IMG/VR virus record: IMGVR_UViG_3300013102_000006
Span: 19,869 to 83,868 of that record
Reading direction: 5' to 3' (one strand)
DNA: 64,000 bases
Source: a virus
Taxonomy: Duplodnaviria; Heunggongvirae; Uroviricota; Caudoviricetes
This document shows, in pieces, positions 10,210 to 18,901 of this stretch. The notes beneath the pieces were generated by a model. That model did no database searches. It was not told the DNA's origin and was given only the letters and a program-made list of their open reading frames with translations. Made by a program: the position numbers and the translations under genes. Every line of letters begins with the position of its first letter. The stretch's first letter is position 1.

Positions 10210-10442
10210 AATCTCACTCCTTTCTTATTACCATAACAGTTAACCTGCCTAAACTGGTAGTAGCATTTACTCTCACCAGATGAGGCGGTTATTGTGAATC
10301 TAACCACCGATATAAATTCAATGATTATAACGATGACTGAGATAATCATTATCGTATAAAAGAGTACATCGTTCGCTGACATTTTATTAAATAGCACTGA
10401 CACTGATTTCACAACTCTACCTACAAAATAAGGTAACATCAT
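10206..10442 (-). CDS. Hypothetical membrane protein, MxxPFF paralog family
   Basis: 78 aa; N-terminus MMLPYFVGRVVKSV; hydrophobic segment IMIISVIVIIIEFI. Confidence 0.35.
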   Translation of the reverse strand: MMLPYFVGRVVKSVSVLFNKMSANDVLFYTIMIISVIVIIIEFISVVRFTITASSGESKCYYQFRQVNCYGNKKGVRL

Positions 10443-10804
10443 AATATACTCCCGTGTTTACATACTTCCCATGCCCTGCCATGATGGTCAGTCCACAGAT
10501 ATCTGGATTCACAATTAGATCTTACACATATTGAGACATTGTTCACACCGAGCATCGCCATGGACCTGTCGCTAATAGGTTCAAGCCCACACACTGAGAT
10601 TGTCTCTCCTGGGGCGATATCCATAGGTGTTGCAAAACCATAGCTTGATGGATGGTTAACTGTGGGTACATGAGTCTGAGCAGTCCTAATGTCTCCTGTG
10701 CGAGAAAATAGTAAGGTAGTACGCTGGCCATCATCAGATATCTTAATGAAGCGCTTCTCTTTGAATAGCTTACATAGCTCACTAATGAAGAACGGTACTA
10801 CCAT
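10439..10804 (-). CDS. Hypothetical protein, MxxPFF paralog family
   Basis: 121 aa; N-terminus MVVPFFISELCKLF; start/stop overlaps with its neighbours suggest translational coupling. Confidence 0.35.
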   Translation of the reverse strand: MVVPFFISELCKLFKEKRFIKISDDGQRTTLLFSRTGDIRTAQTHVPTVNHPSSYGFATPMDIAPGETISVCGLEPISDRSMAMLGVNNVSICVRSNCESRYLWTDHHGRAWEVCKHGSIL

Positions 10805-10812
10805 ACAATATC

Positions 10813-11184
10813 CTAAAGCCTAATCTTCTTACCGTCTTTAAAGTCTCGTACTCGCTCAACGATATCATTAAGGGCAAAGTACTTAGGATTACCTAGGTAG
10901 CTAATTGCTCCGTAGATAAGGCCGATACCAACACCCACAGGTACAAGAGCCCAGAAGCTAATGTAGTCTTTAAGGAACCATGCTGCAGTGAATAGCACTA
11001 GCGCAGTAAACAGTTCATTGAGGCCTTTAACGACGTATTGACGTACAAAGATACCCCAGAGTTCGCTTGCAGCAACGCCAAGGCCTTTAGCTAGTGAGTC
11101 AATAATCTTCTTAGCCTCTAGCCCAACCTTCTCGAGCTTATCTACACTGCTCTCTTCGTTGTTGTCCACAGTTTTAGTGACCAT
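10813..11184 (-). CDS. Hypothetical membrane protein
   Basis: 123 aa with two hydrophobic helices. Confidence 0.35.
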   Translation of the reverse strand: MVTKTVDNNEESSVDKLEKVGLEAKKIIDSLAKGLGVAASELWGIFVRQYVVKGLNELFTALVLFTAAWFLKDYISFWALVPVGVGIGLIYGAISYLGNPKYFALNDIVERVRDFKDGKKIRL

Positions 11185-11384
11185 TACTTCTCCTTTAGCG
11201 ATTCTTTAAGTTTGGTAAGATTATAGATACCGTTGTCGCAGTATTCTTCTACAATCTCTCTGAAGTCAGTATTACCTGATCCGTTTCCTTCAAGCACGTT
11301 GCATATGGCAAGTACTATCTGACCAGCATAATTTGCTTCATCGTCAGACATTTTCTCCTCACCTATTTCTTTCACCCAGCTCAT
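11184..11384 (-). CDS. Hypothetical protein
   Basis: 66 aa ORF in the minus-strand array. Confidence 0.3.
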   Translation of the reverse strand: MSWVKEIGEEKMSDDEANYAGQIVLAICNVLEGNGSGNTDFREIVEEYCDNGIYNLTKLKESLKEK

Positions 11385-11569
11385 GATTTACCATTGTTCT
11401 TATTAGCATAGAGGCTGATTGCTTTCTCGGCGTCTTCTTTACTAATAGCGTTATATACTGATATCACCTCATCAGGTAGGTTAGAAATTTGCACTTCCAG
11501 ACCTATTTTACTCTCGTGATACTCATGCGTACCATCTTTAAAGAAGATTACGGTGAATACCTTACTCAT
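11381..11569 (-). CDS. Hypothetical protein
   Basis: 62 aa ORF in the minus-strand array. Confidence 0.3.
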   Translation of the reverse strand: MSKVFTVIFFKDGTHEYHESKIGLEVQISNLPDEVISVYNAISKEDAEKAISLYANKNNGKS

Positions 11570-11810
11570 CTTTAGCTTCAGGCATCTTTAGTTTATAATG
11601 CTCAGCAATACGATTAGCCCACGCCTCATCACCAGTCTCGCTCTTAACAGCATCACGAGCTCCGTTTTCATATTCTACTAGCTCTGTGAACATGTATAGA
11701 GTTTTAGCATCGCGATCACTCCATTTAGAGATGAGCGTGCGCACGGTGGTTGTTTCTGCATTACTACTCATACTATTCTTCCTCCTTGCTCTGACCCTTT
11801 TTGTCAACAA
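11562..11810 (-). CDS. Hypothetical protein
   Basis: 82 aa ORF. Confidence 0.3.
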   Translation of the reverse strand: MLTKRVRARRKNSMSSNAETTTVRTLISKWSDRDAKTLYMFTELVEYENGARDAVKSETGDEAWANRIAEHYKLKMPEAKDE

Positions 11811-11967
11811 CTAGAGCACCTGCGATAGCTGTTAGAATCATGGTCTTAGCCTGTTCGTTGTCTGTCAAGAAGTATCCAAGTGCTGCACCAATAAGCGCTC
11901 CCTTGTTCTCCTTGACAATCTTAGGAATGTTTTCCTTAATACTGTTGCCTACTTTTTCTAAATCCAT
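11773..11967 (-). CDS. Hypothetical small membrane protein
   Basis: 64 aa; hydrophobic stretch GALIGAALGYFL...ILTAIAGALVV. Confidence 0.3.
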   Translation of the reverse strand: MDLEKVGNSIKENIPKIVKENKGALIGAALGYFLTDNEQAKTMILTAIAGALVVDKKGQSKEEE

Positions 11968-12448
11968 ATTACCCTCTCTTATTTGATGTGAAGTTATGGG
12001 CTAGCGAATTCACTCAGGAAAGGAGCAAATCAAGGAACTCGCTAGTCGTAATAGTGTGAGGTAGGGATTCCCGCTATTCCACCCTACATGACTGGTATTT
12101 CTCAGATTTCGTCTGGACCACTGAGAAAGTCCTTTGCTACCATAGCCGAGTCCAGCGTCTACTTTCAGATGACTAGGTGTTCCGTCTAATCATCAACGTC
12201 TATTTCGCCACTCACACTTCGTAGATATTCACTTTCGGTGCAAGTCTCACTCCGTAAACCAGTGCCTCTTGCATTGGATGGCTTTAAGTACTTGAAAGCT
12301 ATATCTACATTCGACAACACAAAGACTAATGTTCGCAGTAGGGAATCAAACCCAGCCCACACACTACCAGAGGCTACTCTCTCACGATTAAGCTGAATCT
12401 TTATGTTGCCATAACTTCACACCAGATTGTTAAAATGCTTCTATTTCG

Positions 12449-12477
12449 ATTGTAAATGATATTTATCGACGAGTCAA
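12449..12477 (-). promoter_or_regulatory. Sigma-70/SigA-type promoter (minus strand): -35 TTGACT, 17-nt spacer, -10 TACAAT
   Basis: Plus-strand attgta (12449-54) and agtcaa (12472-77); member of a repeated promoter family; fires leftward into the ORF-free region 11968-12440. Confidence 0.5.
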
Positions 12478-12480
12478 TAC

Positions 12481-12696
12481 CTAGAATGGCATATCCTCAT
12501 CGTCTGGGTCTTCAGGAAGTTCTACTTGCTTCCATATATACTCAGTTTGTTCAACATTCCAATCCTTATACCATATCCTGCCCTTATCATCTACGAGTCT
12601 GTCACCAACACCGACTTGTAGGTCGCCTGGCATAACCTGTACTACTTTAATCTTTGCCATCGTCTGTTTCCTAACCCTTAAAGAACTTTCCGTCAC
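12481..12696 (-). CDS. Hypothetical protein
   Basis: 71 aa ORF. Confidence 0.3.
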   Translation of the reverse strand: MTESSLRVRKQTMAKIKVVQVMPGDLQVGVGDRLVDDKGRIWYKDWNVEQTEYIWKQVELPEDPDDEDMPF

Positions 12697-12889
12697 CAGT
12701 TCTTCTATTTATACAGTCTGCACCTTGTTGCCTGGTATAATACCATGCATCGCCATATTGTTGCCTACACTTTTCATCCCTGCCTTGCTGTATGTGTATA
12801 CAAAATATTACTACTAACAATAGTAAGATAGTGAGGGTTGCTGCCATTGCAAGTATGCTAATTAATTCTTTATGCTCTATACTAGTCAT
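12671..12889 (-). CDS. Hypothetical membrane protein
   Basis: 72 aa with a hydrophobic core. Confidence 0.3.
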   Translation of the reverse strand: MTSIEHKELISILAMAATLTILLLLVVIFCIHIQQGRDEKCRQQYGDAWYYTRQQGADCINRRTGDGKFFKG

Positions 12890-13000
12890 ATTAAATCCCC
12901 ATCAGGAAATCTGTGATATCGCCTAATGCTTCTTCTGGGCTGATATCATTAGTAATTAGTCCATCTCTTAGCTCTTCAATCTCTGTAATTAAGTCGTCCA

Positions 13001-13243
13001 TCACACTCTCTCCCAGTTCTCGTTTAACATTTCAATATTATCGTATGGAACATTTATTCTAAAGACATTGAATGGTACAAAGATAACCATATCGCCCCAG
13101 TATGGCAGCACCTCAGCAAAATACACCTTGCCATGTCGATAGCCGCAGCTACCGTCTCTGCCGATAAACCTATACCTACTTATCATTAATATCCCTCTTT
13201 GACTCGTCAATAAGCCTTCTGATAGTAACAACTGTCTCGTCAA
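13001..13243 (-). CDS. Hypothetical protein
   Basis: 80 aa ORF; overlaps the upstream ORF by 68 nt. Confidence 0.25.
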   Translation of the reverse strand: MTRQLLLSEGLLTSQRGILMISRYRFIGRDGSCGYRHGKVYFAEVLPYWGDMVIFVPFNVFRINVPYDNIEMLNENWERV

Positions 13244-13511
13244 GAAGATGCTGAATCGTCATATTTACATAGGTAGGAATAAATTTTATGAGCGTCAGAT
13301 CGAGATCACTGTAATACATATAGCCGTTATCTTTAGAGCATATGGCCTCTACCCATCCATCTACTTCTTGCTGTATATATGATTCATCTAGATTCATTAG
13401 GTATGGCATCAGCCTACCCCTGATGATCTTCTTTACATCATCCTTGTCGTCAGTCAAGAAAGCATCACCATCATTTATGTCTCTCACAACGTAGTCTGGC
13501 AACTCATCCAT
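13176..13511 (-). CDS. Hypothetical protein
   Basis: 111 aa ORF. Confidence 0.3.
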   Translation of the reverse strand: MDELPDYVVRDINDGDAFLTDDKDDVKKIIRGRLMPYLMNLDESYIQQEVDGWVEAICSKDNGYMYYSDLDLTLIKFIPTYVNMTIQHLLDETVVTIRRLIDESKRDINDK

Positions 13512-13513
13512 AT

Positions 13514-13846
13514 CTATGCTTTTTCCTTAGTGATATCAACAAGATTGTCTAATGCCTGGTCTGCAATGGTATTCATCCTCATATACCCTGGGATACCAAG
13601 ACCGAATACCCACCTATCTTCTTGTTCAGAGTCGATTTCGTTCTCTTTTTTATACAATTGATTGATGGACACATCTTTCATGCCGCTCATATCAAGCCAT
13701 TTCTGTACCATCTTAATAGCATTCGCTTCAGTCACTGGCTTATATACAGTAGCACGGTACTTACTATTATAGTTTTCGATAAATGAGCCGCTCTTTGTGA
13801 ATACTACCTGTCGGTTCTTCATACCTATCCTTCGCATTTCCCACAA
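13514..13846 (-). CDS. Hypothetical protein
   Basis: 110 aa ORF. Confidence 0.3.
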   Translation of the reverse strand: MWEMRRIGMKNRQVVFTKSGSFIENYNSKYRATVYKPVTEANAIKMVQKWLDMSGMKDVSINQLYKKENEIDSEQEDRWVFGLGIPGYMRMNTIADQALDNLVDITKEKA

Positions 13847-14110
13847 GAACAGTCTTGCAGTTCATTGTTGTCATCGTAGTAGCTTGGACATTTATACTGT
13901 TCGGTTTCCTGTGTATCCATGTGAGTGCTCCTTATTGCCTTATGTACTTATAATAGACTATACATTTTCTATTTGCAATAGAAACTTTCTAAAGTTTTCC
14001 ACAAAGAAAAAGACCTCCGATAAATCAGAAGTCCTTTAACAAATAAGTAATTTCTAAATACTAACTGGGGCGCTATCGAGTCCAGTTGATTGTCCTTCGC
14101 TATTGTCCAT

Positions 14111-14662
14111 TTACTCTCCTTTCTGTGATTGCTCAGAAACTGGCTTTATACCGAGGTTTTTGAAGTTAATGAGCGCCGTTTGAGGGCTCATCCCACCGAG
14201 CTCAGTAGGGTCTTGAGCATACCTGGCAACGGCATTAAAACACTCGCGAATATAATCCTCATCTATCCGTGCTTCCAAGGCTATGCGTTTGTCACGAGAT
14301 TTTATAAACCCGTATAAGCCATCGTCATTTCCAAAACGCTTTCGCCAAGCAATGTCATCCATATTCATCACTACTTGCACGTCCTGGCAGAAATCTAGTA
14401 GCTCCTCGTCCTCTCCACCGACCACTTTGATGTCTTCCTTAAGCGGGTTTTCACGAGATTGCGAGAACTCTAGCATTTTCTCTATGGTATACACAAAGTG
14501 CGCTGGCTCGCGGGCGCTATAAAGCTTAAGAACAGGGTCGGACATAACGAACTCGGTAGCTTCAACCAACAAACGTAGGTCATCAAGGTTTTTATTTGCA
14601 AGGGGATGCTCAATTTGAGACGCCCCTTTTTCCTCTTTATTAGGTGTGTCTAAATTACTCAT
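14111..14662 (-). CDS. Hypothetical protein
   Basis: 183 aa ORF. Confidence 0.35.
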   Translation of the reverse strand: MSNLDTPNKEEKGASQIEHPLANKNLDDLRLLVEATEFVMSDPVLKLYSAREPAHFVYTIEKMLEFSQSRENPLKEDIKVVGGEDEELLDFCQDVQVVMNMDDIAWRKRFGNDDGLYGFIKSRDKRIALEARIDEDYIRECFNAVARYAQDPTELGGMSPQTALINFKNLGIKPVSEQSQKGE

Positions 14663-15044
14663 TTTGGCCCCACTTTTCTAACATCTCGTCGAAATTATCA
14701 TCAAAGTTGTAGTTCTTCATCTTTGGATCGCGACTGCGCTTCAAGCGTTCTTTACACGCTCTAATAATCTCAGGAGATACAGGTATACCCGTGATGGTCG
14801 AGGTGTTAGATACATAATCTAAGCTAAGCTCCTCAGCCATCCACTCGTTATAGAGCCTCACGCAGTCAATCACAGCGTTGTATTCAATCTCGCCATTTTT
14901 AATAGATAGGATAAGTGGCTTTCGGAAGACAAACATAATATTTACGTCAGTTTGGTATTCGTCTGTGATGTCTTGGGTGGTACGAAGTTCTTTTATACTT
15001 GTTGCTTTAAACATCAGTTCCTTATTCACGTCATTAACTCCCAT
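14655..15044 (-). CDS. Hypothetical protein
   Basis: 129 aa ORF. Confidence 0.35.
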   Translation of the reverse strand: MGVNDVNKELMFKATSIKELRTTQDITDEYQTDVNIMFVFRKPLILSIKNGEIEYNAVIDCVRLYNEWMAEELSLDYVSNTSTITGIPVSPEIIRACKERLKRSRDPKMKNYNFDDNFDEMLEKWGQNE

Positions 15045-15060
15045 AAGATTTGATTAGGCA

Positions 15061-15270
15061 TCACTTAATGCTCTCTGGATTAGCGAAATGCAAGTCGTTA
15101 TGCCTGATAATAGATTTATCATCCGCGTCGATATATTCATCACAATAATGACACTTCCTCTTTGGTTTAGGATCGTCCAAATGGGATCGCCAGCAATTCG
15201 GCAAGCACGTACTTCTGTCATCTGAATGTGCTCGATTCATATCTTCCTGTATTGGTGTGAGATTACTCAT
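15061..15270 (-). CDS. Hypothetical Cys/His-rich protein
   Basis: 69 aa; CLPNC...CHYCDEYID zinc-ribbon-like. Confidence 0.3.
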   Translation of the reverse strand: MSNLTPIQEDMNRAHSDDRSTCLPNCWRSHLDDPKPKRKCHYCDEYIDADDKSIIRHNDLHFANPESIK

Positions 15271-15327
15271 CGCTCATCTTCTCCGACCTTAATTAAGCTA
15301 TATATACGAGTCATCTCGAGGTTATAT

Positions 15328-15678
15328 TCAATGGTTGTCATTATTCTTCTCCTGTGTGAGAGTAGCTAAACGTCGATCAACTTTGTGCATGAGCGGACCA
15401 CTTATGTAACCTTGCAATTTGGCGCGTTCTAATTCATCAATACGAGCTTTCTTCACTTCAGATACTATGAGAGCCTTAATACCTTCCAATAGATACTGTT
15501 CGTTGACTCTGTCGTGTTCTCTACCATATATCCCGTCAATGGATCCTAGTTGCGACTGTAAATCGGTATGTTTATCATTTACTTTACAGATGTAGTATGG
15601 CCTGTCGTTGATAAGCTCTATAACCCTGTCGTCTACGGTCTTCTCTACATTAGATTCTTTACTCATAACTTCACCCAT
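15328..15678 (-). CDS. Hypothetical protein
   Basis: 116 aa ORF. Confidence 0.3.
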   Translation of the reverse strand: MGEVMSKESNVEKTVDDRVIELINDRPYYICKVNDKHTDLQSQLGSIDGIYGREHDRVNEQYLLEGIKALIVSEVKKARIDELERAKLQGYISGPLMHKVDRRLATLTQEKNNDNH

Positions 15679-15902
15679 TCATAGTCTCTAGTGGATGCGT
15701 CCCATACACGCTCATACCCGTCGGGTTCAGAGAATGGACTACATGGCCGCTTATAGCATGCATGCATTTTGCCTTTTCCATTATGGTATGTGACTTTTCT
15801 CTCGCCTTTCTTAAATTCATATCCGCATGTATCACAGGTGTATTTGTATGATGCAGGAACCCGAACCTGTACAACTTTATATGCAGTCACTTCTTTACTC
15901 AT
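15663..15902 (-). CDS. Hypothetical zinc-finger protein
   Basis: 79 aa; CDTCGYEF...HACYKRPC. Confidence 0.3.
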   Translation of the reverse strand: MSKEVTAYKVVQVRVPASYKYTCDTCGYEFKKGERKVTYHNGKGKMHACYKRPCSPFSEPDGYERVWDASTRDYEWVKL

Positions 15903-16161
15903 AGTCTTTTCTCACTTCCTCGATAGTAGCCACTAACACCGCTCTCTCTGGCTTTTCGCTATAAACCTTTTTTGCATATTCGTCGGCGACGCATAAACTA
16001 TCAAATGATTTATCTTTTACCTTATCTAATACTGATTGTACTGCCGAGTTGACAAGCTTCATAATCTGCTTAGATGCGCTGCCTTGCCACATACCGGCAT
16101 GGTCATAGTCAATTAGCAGAATATGTATCTGTTCCCGTAATTCATCTTGCTGCTTGCTCAT
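15895..16161 (-). CDS. Hypothetical protein
   Basis: 88 aa ORF. Confidence 0.3.
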   Translation of the reverse strand: MSKQQDELREQIHILLIDYDHAGMWQGSASKQIMKLVNSAVQSVLDKVKDKSFDSLCVADEYAKKVYSEKPERAVLVATIEEVRKDYE

Positions 16162-16559
16162 GCGGGGTTCCTCACCACTTCACAATCGTGGTTAATAACC
16201 ATGCAGCCTAGTTCGCCATTCACTTCACATGCTTCTTCGCGTTCAGGACAATAGTTAGTCCAATTAATGCAAGCCTGGCATGGCGGATCGATGTGACACG
16301 AACAATCAGGTGAGCCAAACCCTACGTTTGTTGCCATAGAGTCATATCGACCACTGAGCATTTTCTTTACTTCAGCGGTGTTTCCAAACTTATTGAGCAA
16401 TAGGATAAGACGTTTTGTCTCGAGCATTCCATCAGAAGCATCAATATTACGCCTTGCGCGACCAAGACGCACGATTATCTCGTGAACCGTATCTTCCCAT
16501 GACTGGGTATTCTTATAGACGTTGTCTTCAGTTAGCTCGGTATCTAACATGCTACTCAT
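16158..16559 (-). CDS. Hypothetical Cys-rich protein
   Basis: 133 aa; C-terminal cluster CSCHIDPPCQACINWTNYCPEREEACEVNGELGCMVINHDCE. Confidence 0.3.
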   Translation of the reverse strand: MSSMLDTELTEDNVYKNTQSWEDTVHEIIVRLGRARRNIDASDGMLETKRLILLLNKFGNTAEVKKMLSGRYDSMATNVGFGSPDCSCHIDPPCQACINWTNYCPEREEACEVNGELGCMVINHDCEVVRNPA

Positions 16560-16795
16560 TTCAATGCCTGCGACTTATAATGGTTTACAAAGTCGTTGCT
16601 ACATTTAGCTGGTATCTCAGACACTCTGTAGGCATCATACATACGGCAACCTTTATCGTTCCACTCCTTTTCGGCAGTTGCTTGTTTGTCTGCTATCATA
16701 AACGGCATATAGGCTATCGTAGCTAACACTAGTAAAGCCAAGAATGTGTACAATACCTTATCAAATGTAGTAGATTTTCCTTCTATTGTTGTCAT
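16556..16795 (-). CDS. Hypothetical membrane protein
   Basis: 79 aa; TM helix LYTFLALLVLATIAYMPFMI. Confidence 0.3.
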   Translation of the reverse strand: MTTIEGKSTTFDKVLYTFLALLVLATIAYMPFMIADKQATAEKEWNDKGCRMYDAYRVSEIPAKCSNDFVNHYKSQALK

Positions 16796-17109
16796 TTCAA
16801 TGCCTCTAGTTCTTTCTTTAGGTGAGCGATACGTTCACTTAGTCTAAATGGGTCTCCATCTAACTGCGTCCAAAGTGTGACATCGTCCTCCATTAGTCCG
16901 AATACTCCCGATAGTTCACGGATAGCTTCCTGGAGAGAGTAAGCTTTGATGAGCCTGAATAGCTCTTGTCGTCCCTCTTCTTTGATTGACGTATAGTTGA
17001 CAACTGAACCTGCTTGCCATTCACTGAGAGCAATCAGCATTGTCTGTGTTATATCTTCAATCTTTTGTCTTAGCTCTTCATCGCCTTGTTGAGGTTTGTT
17101 GTTAGGCAT
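16792..17109 (-). CDS. Hypothetical protein
   Basis: 105 aa ORF. Confidence 0.3.
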   Translation of the reverse strand: MPNNKPQQGDEELRQKIEDITQTMLIALSEWQAGSVVNYTSIKEEGRQELFRLIKAYSLQEAIRELSGVFGLMEDDVTLWTQLDGDPFRLSERIAHLKKELEALK

Positions 17110-17111
17110 TA

Positions 17112-17297
17112 CTAATCCTCCGCCTCATAAGCTTGCTCGAGCCAGTAAGCTGACCATCCAAGCTCCTCTAGGTGGCGAACCATCTTAGATGCTTGCTCAG
17201 AAGTGTCGTATGCTGCACTACGACCCTCCAGTCTATCGGGGCTAGTGGCGTAGACCATGTAGACAGTTATGAACTTACCTTTATACTCTTCGACCAT
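17112..17297 (-). CDS. Hypothetical protein
   Basis: 61 aa ORF. Confidence 0.25.
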   Translation of the reverse strand: MVEEYKGKFITVYMVYATSPDRLEGRSAAYDTSEQASKMVRHLEELGWSAYWLEQAYEAED

Positions 17298-17302
17298 ATC
17301 CC

Positions 17303-17605
17303 TTACTCCTTCTCTAGCTTTAAATTGTATTTGGAGGCACGGAGACGCTGCTCTTTACGAAGGCTATTGTAATAGGACTGCGTAAGATCGACGCCTGGAT
17401 AGCCTTGAGGGCGTATATAGCTTGTCACTTCTCCATCTGGACCAATTATTTCCCTAACCATCGCTTCAATGGCGGCTTTAGCTTTGTCTACATTAAATGT
17501 TTCGGTAGAGTATTCGTTATCTCCGTCCCAGCCCCAGTCTTGTTCTCTACAGCTCTCGAAAATATCTTCAATGCTTTGTGGTTCGTTCATAGCTTCTTTA
17601 ATCAC
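17303..17605 (-). CDS. Hypothetical protein
   Basis: 100 aa ORF. Confidence 0.3.
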   Translation of the reverse strand: MIKEAMNEPQSIEDIFESCREQDWGWDGDNEYSTETFNVDKAKAAIEAMVREIIGPDGEVTSYIRPQGYPGVDLTQSYYNSLRKEQRLRASKYNLKLEKE

Positions 17606-17740
17606 AGTGTCTTACCTCGTCGTTATCTACGAACATATATATAGCCTTACATGTGTTGCAAACACCAGTCCACCCAAATTCACTGCCACCGTATATCAGA
17701 TGAGCTGTACATCCACATTCATCACAACGTATTGTATGGT

Positions 17741-18160
17741 TCATAGCTTTATACCTGCATCATCAAGAGCTAGTACAAGTTTTAGGAGGGCCTTGAGAGG
17801 GGTGTCAGAGCGCCCTCCCAGCCCAGTACGACGGGCAATTGATGCCATACCATAGCGGAAATCCCAGCTGTATTCTGTAGCCGACATCGTCAGTAAGTTC
17901 CTATCAATCTCATAGGGTAGCTTACTTAATATATAGTCAGTGGTATAAATAGGAAACATCTGCTCACCAGTTTTATCCTTTGGTCCGAAGTATCTCTTGA
18001 CACGCCAAGTTCTATCATGCTTATCGCGTGGACTAAAGTTAGTGTAATACTCGTGAGATTCCGTCATAGGATACCACCAGTGATTTCTAAGATACACTTC
18101 CTTACATAGCTCGAATAGTTCATTATCCATTGTTCTTATTCCTTGCTTGATTTCCAGCAA
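17741..18160 (-). CDS. Hypothetical protein
   Basis: 139 aa ORF. Confidence 0.3.
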   Translation of the reverse strand: MLEIKQGIRTMDNELFELCKEVYLRNHWWYPMTESHEYYTNFSPRDKHDRTWRVKRYFGPKDKTGEQMFPIYTTDYILSKLPYEIDRNLLTMSATEYSWDFRYGMASIARRTGLGGRSDTPLKALLKLVLALDDAGIKL

Positions 18161-18387
18161 TTGCTAAGATAATATTCGTGTGTCTTTTCGAGAACCTCAG
18201 CGATGTTACCGCTATACTCAGTTGTGAATCCTGAAAATTGAGCAATCCATAATGATTTGCGACCAATGGCTTGCATAGTAAGAGTTATTTCACGGAATAC
18301 TCCATCGTAGTCGAGAAAGCGAGTGCTAAGTACATGGAAGTTTTCACCGTGGTGTTCTTCAAACGTTAGTGTTTTGTAATTAAACAT
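18136..18387 (-). CDS. Hypothetical protein
   Basis: 83 aa ORF. Confidence 0.3.
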   Translation of the reverse strand: MFNYKTLTFEEHHGENFHVLSTRFLDYDGVFREITLTMQAIGRKSLWIAQFSGFTTEYSGNIAEVLEKTHEYYLSNCWKSSKE

Positions 18388-18403
18388 ATTTCTTACTCAT
18401 CAA

Positions 18404-18592
18404 TTACTTAATATCGCATTCATACCAGCGGTGACCTTGTGAGTTGCCGATAACTTCGCAGTTGGAGTTCATATAGCCATGTGCTACACTTGCTTGAATT
18501 ACCACACATAGCTGAAGTGATAGGATAACCACGATGTATAGTATAAATGCAACACCCAGTGCCTGTAGAACTGATTTAACGTTTTCGCTCAT
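18404..18592 (-). CDS. Hypothetical small membrane protein
   Basis: 62 aa; TM helix ALGVAFILYIVVILSLQLCVVI; preceded by the promoter at 18626-18653. Confidence 0.3.
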   Translation of the reverse strand: MSENVKSVLQALGVAFILYIVVILSLQLCVVIQASVAHGYMNSNCEVIGNSQGHRWYECDIK

Positions 18593-18625
18593 GGATTTTA
18601 TCCTTTCGTTAACTGCTTATATTTC

Positions 18626-18653
18626 TATTGTAAATGAATATTAAGCAATGTCA
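18626..18653 (-). promoter_or_regulatory. SigA-type promoter (minus strand): -35 TTGACA, 16-nt spacer, -10 TACAAT
   Basis: Plus-strand attgta 18626-31 and tgtcaa 18648-53; extended -35 TGTTGACA. Confidence 0.5.
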
Positions 18654-18661
18654 ACAATATT

Positions 18662-18901
18662 CTAGGAGATTATCTCCCAGTTATCCACAAAGTAATCGAA
18701 AGGTATGGTTCTGGTGCTGAACCTATTCAATGAATCGTAACCAGATACACAAACGTATGCCTCTTTCTCTGAGTCACCGAGATTACCATAGCCAGTGATT
18801 GCCCACTCATTGGCTTTACCAATCCTCCTTACACGCCTGCCAAGTGAGATCACGCGTATCATTCGTATACCTTTTGAATATTGGCGATTTTTGTAAGCCA
18901 A
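18662..18901 (-). CDS. Hypothetical protein
   Basis: 79 aa ORF. Confidence 0.3.
   Translation of the reverse strand: MAYKNRQYSKGIRMIRVISLGRRVRRIGKANEWAITGYGNLGDSEKEAYVCVSGYDSLNRFSTRTIPFDYFVDNWEIIS

Noticed and set aside
12000-12440. Possibility that the ORF-free structured region is a self-splicing group I intron
   Set aside because: Flanking ORFs are complete small genes with their own start and stop, so no interrupted host gene exists. I could not find P7/G-binding-site consensus by eye. It is kept as an unexplained ncRNA candidate instead.
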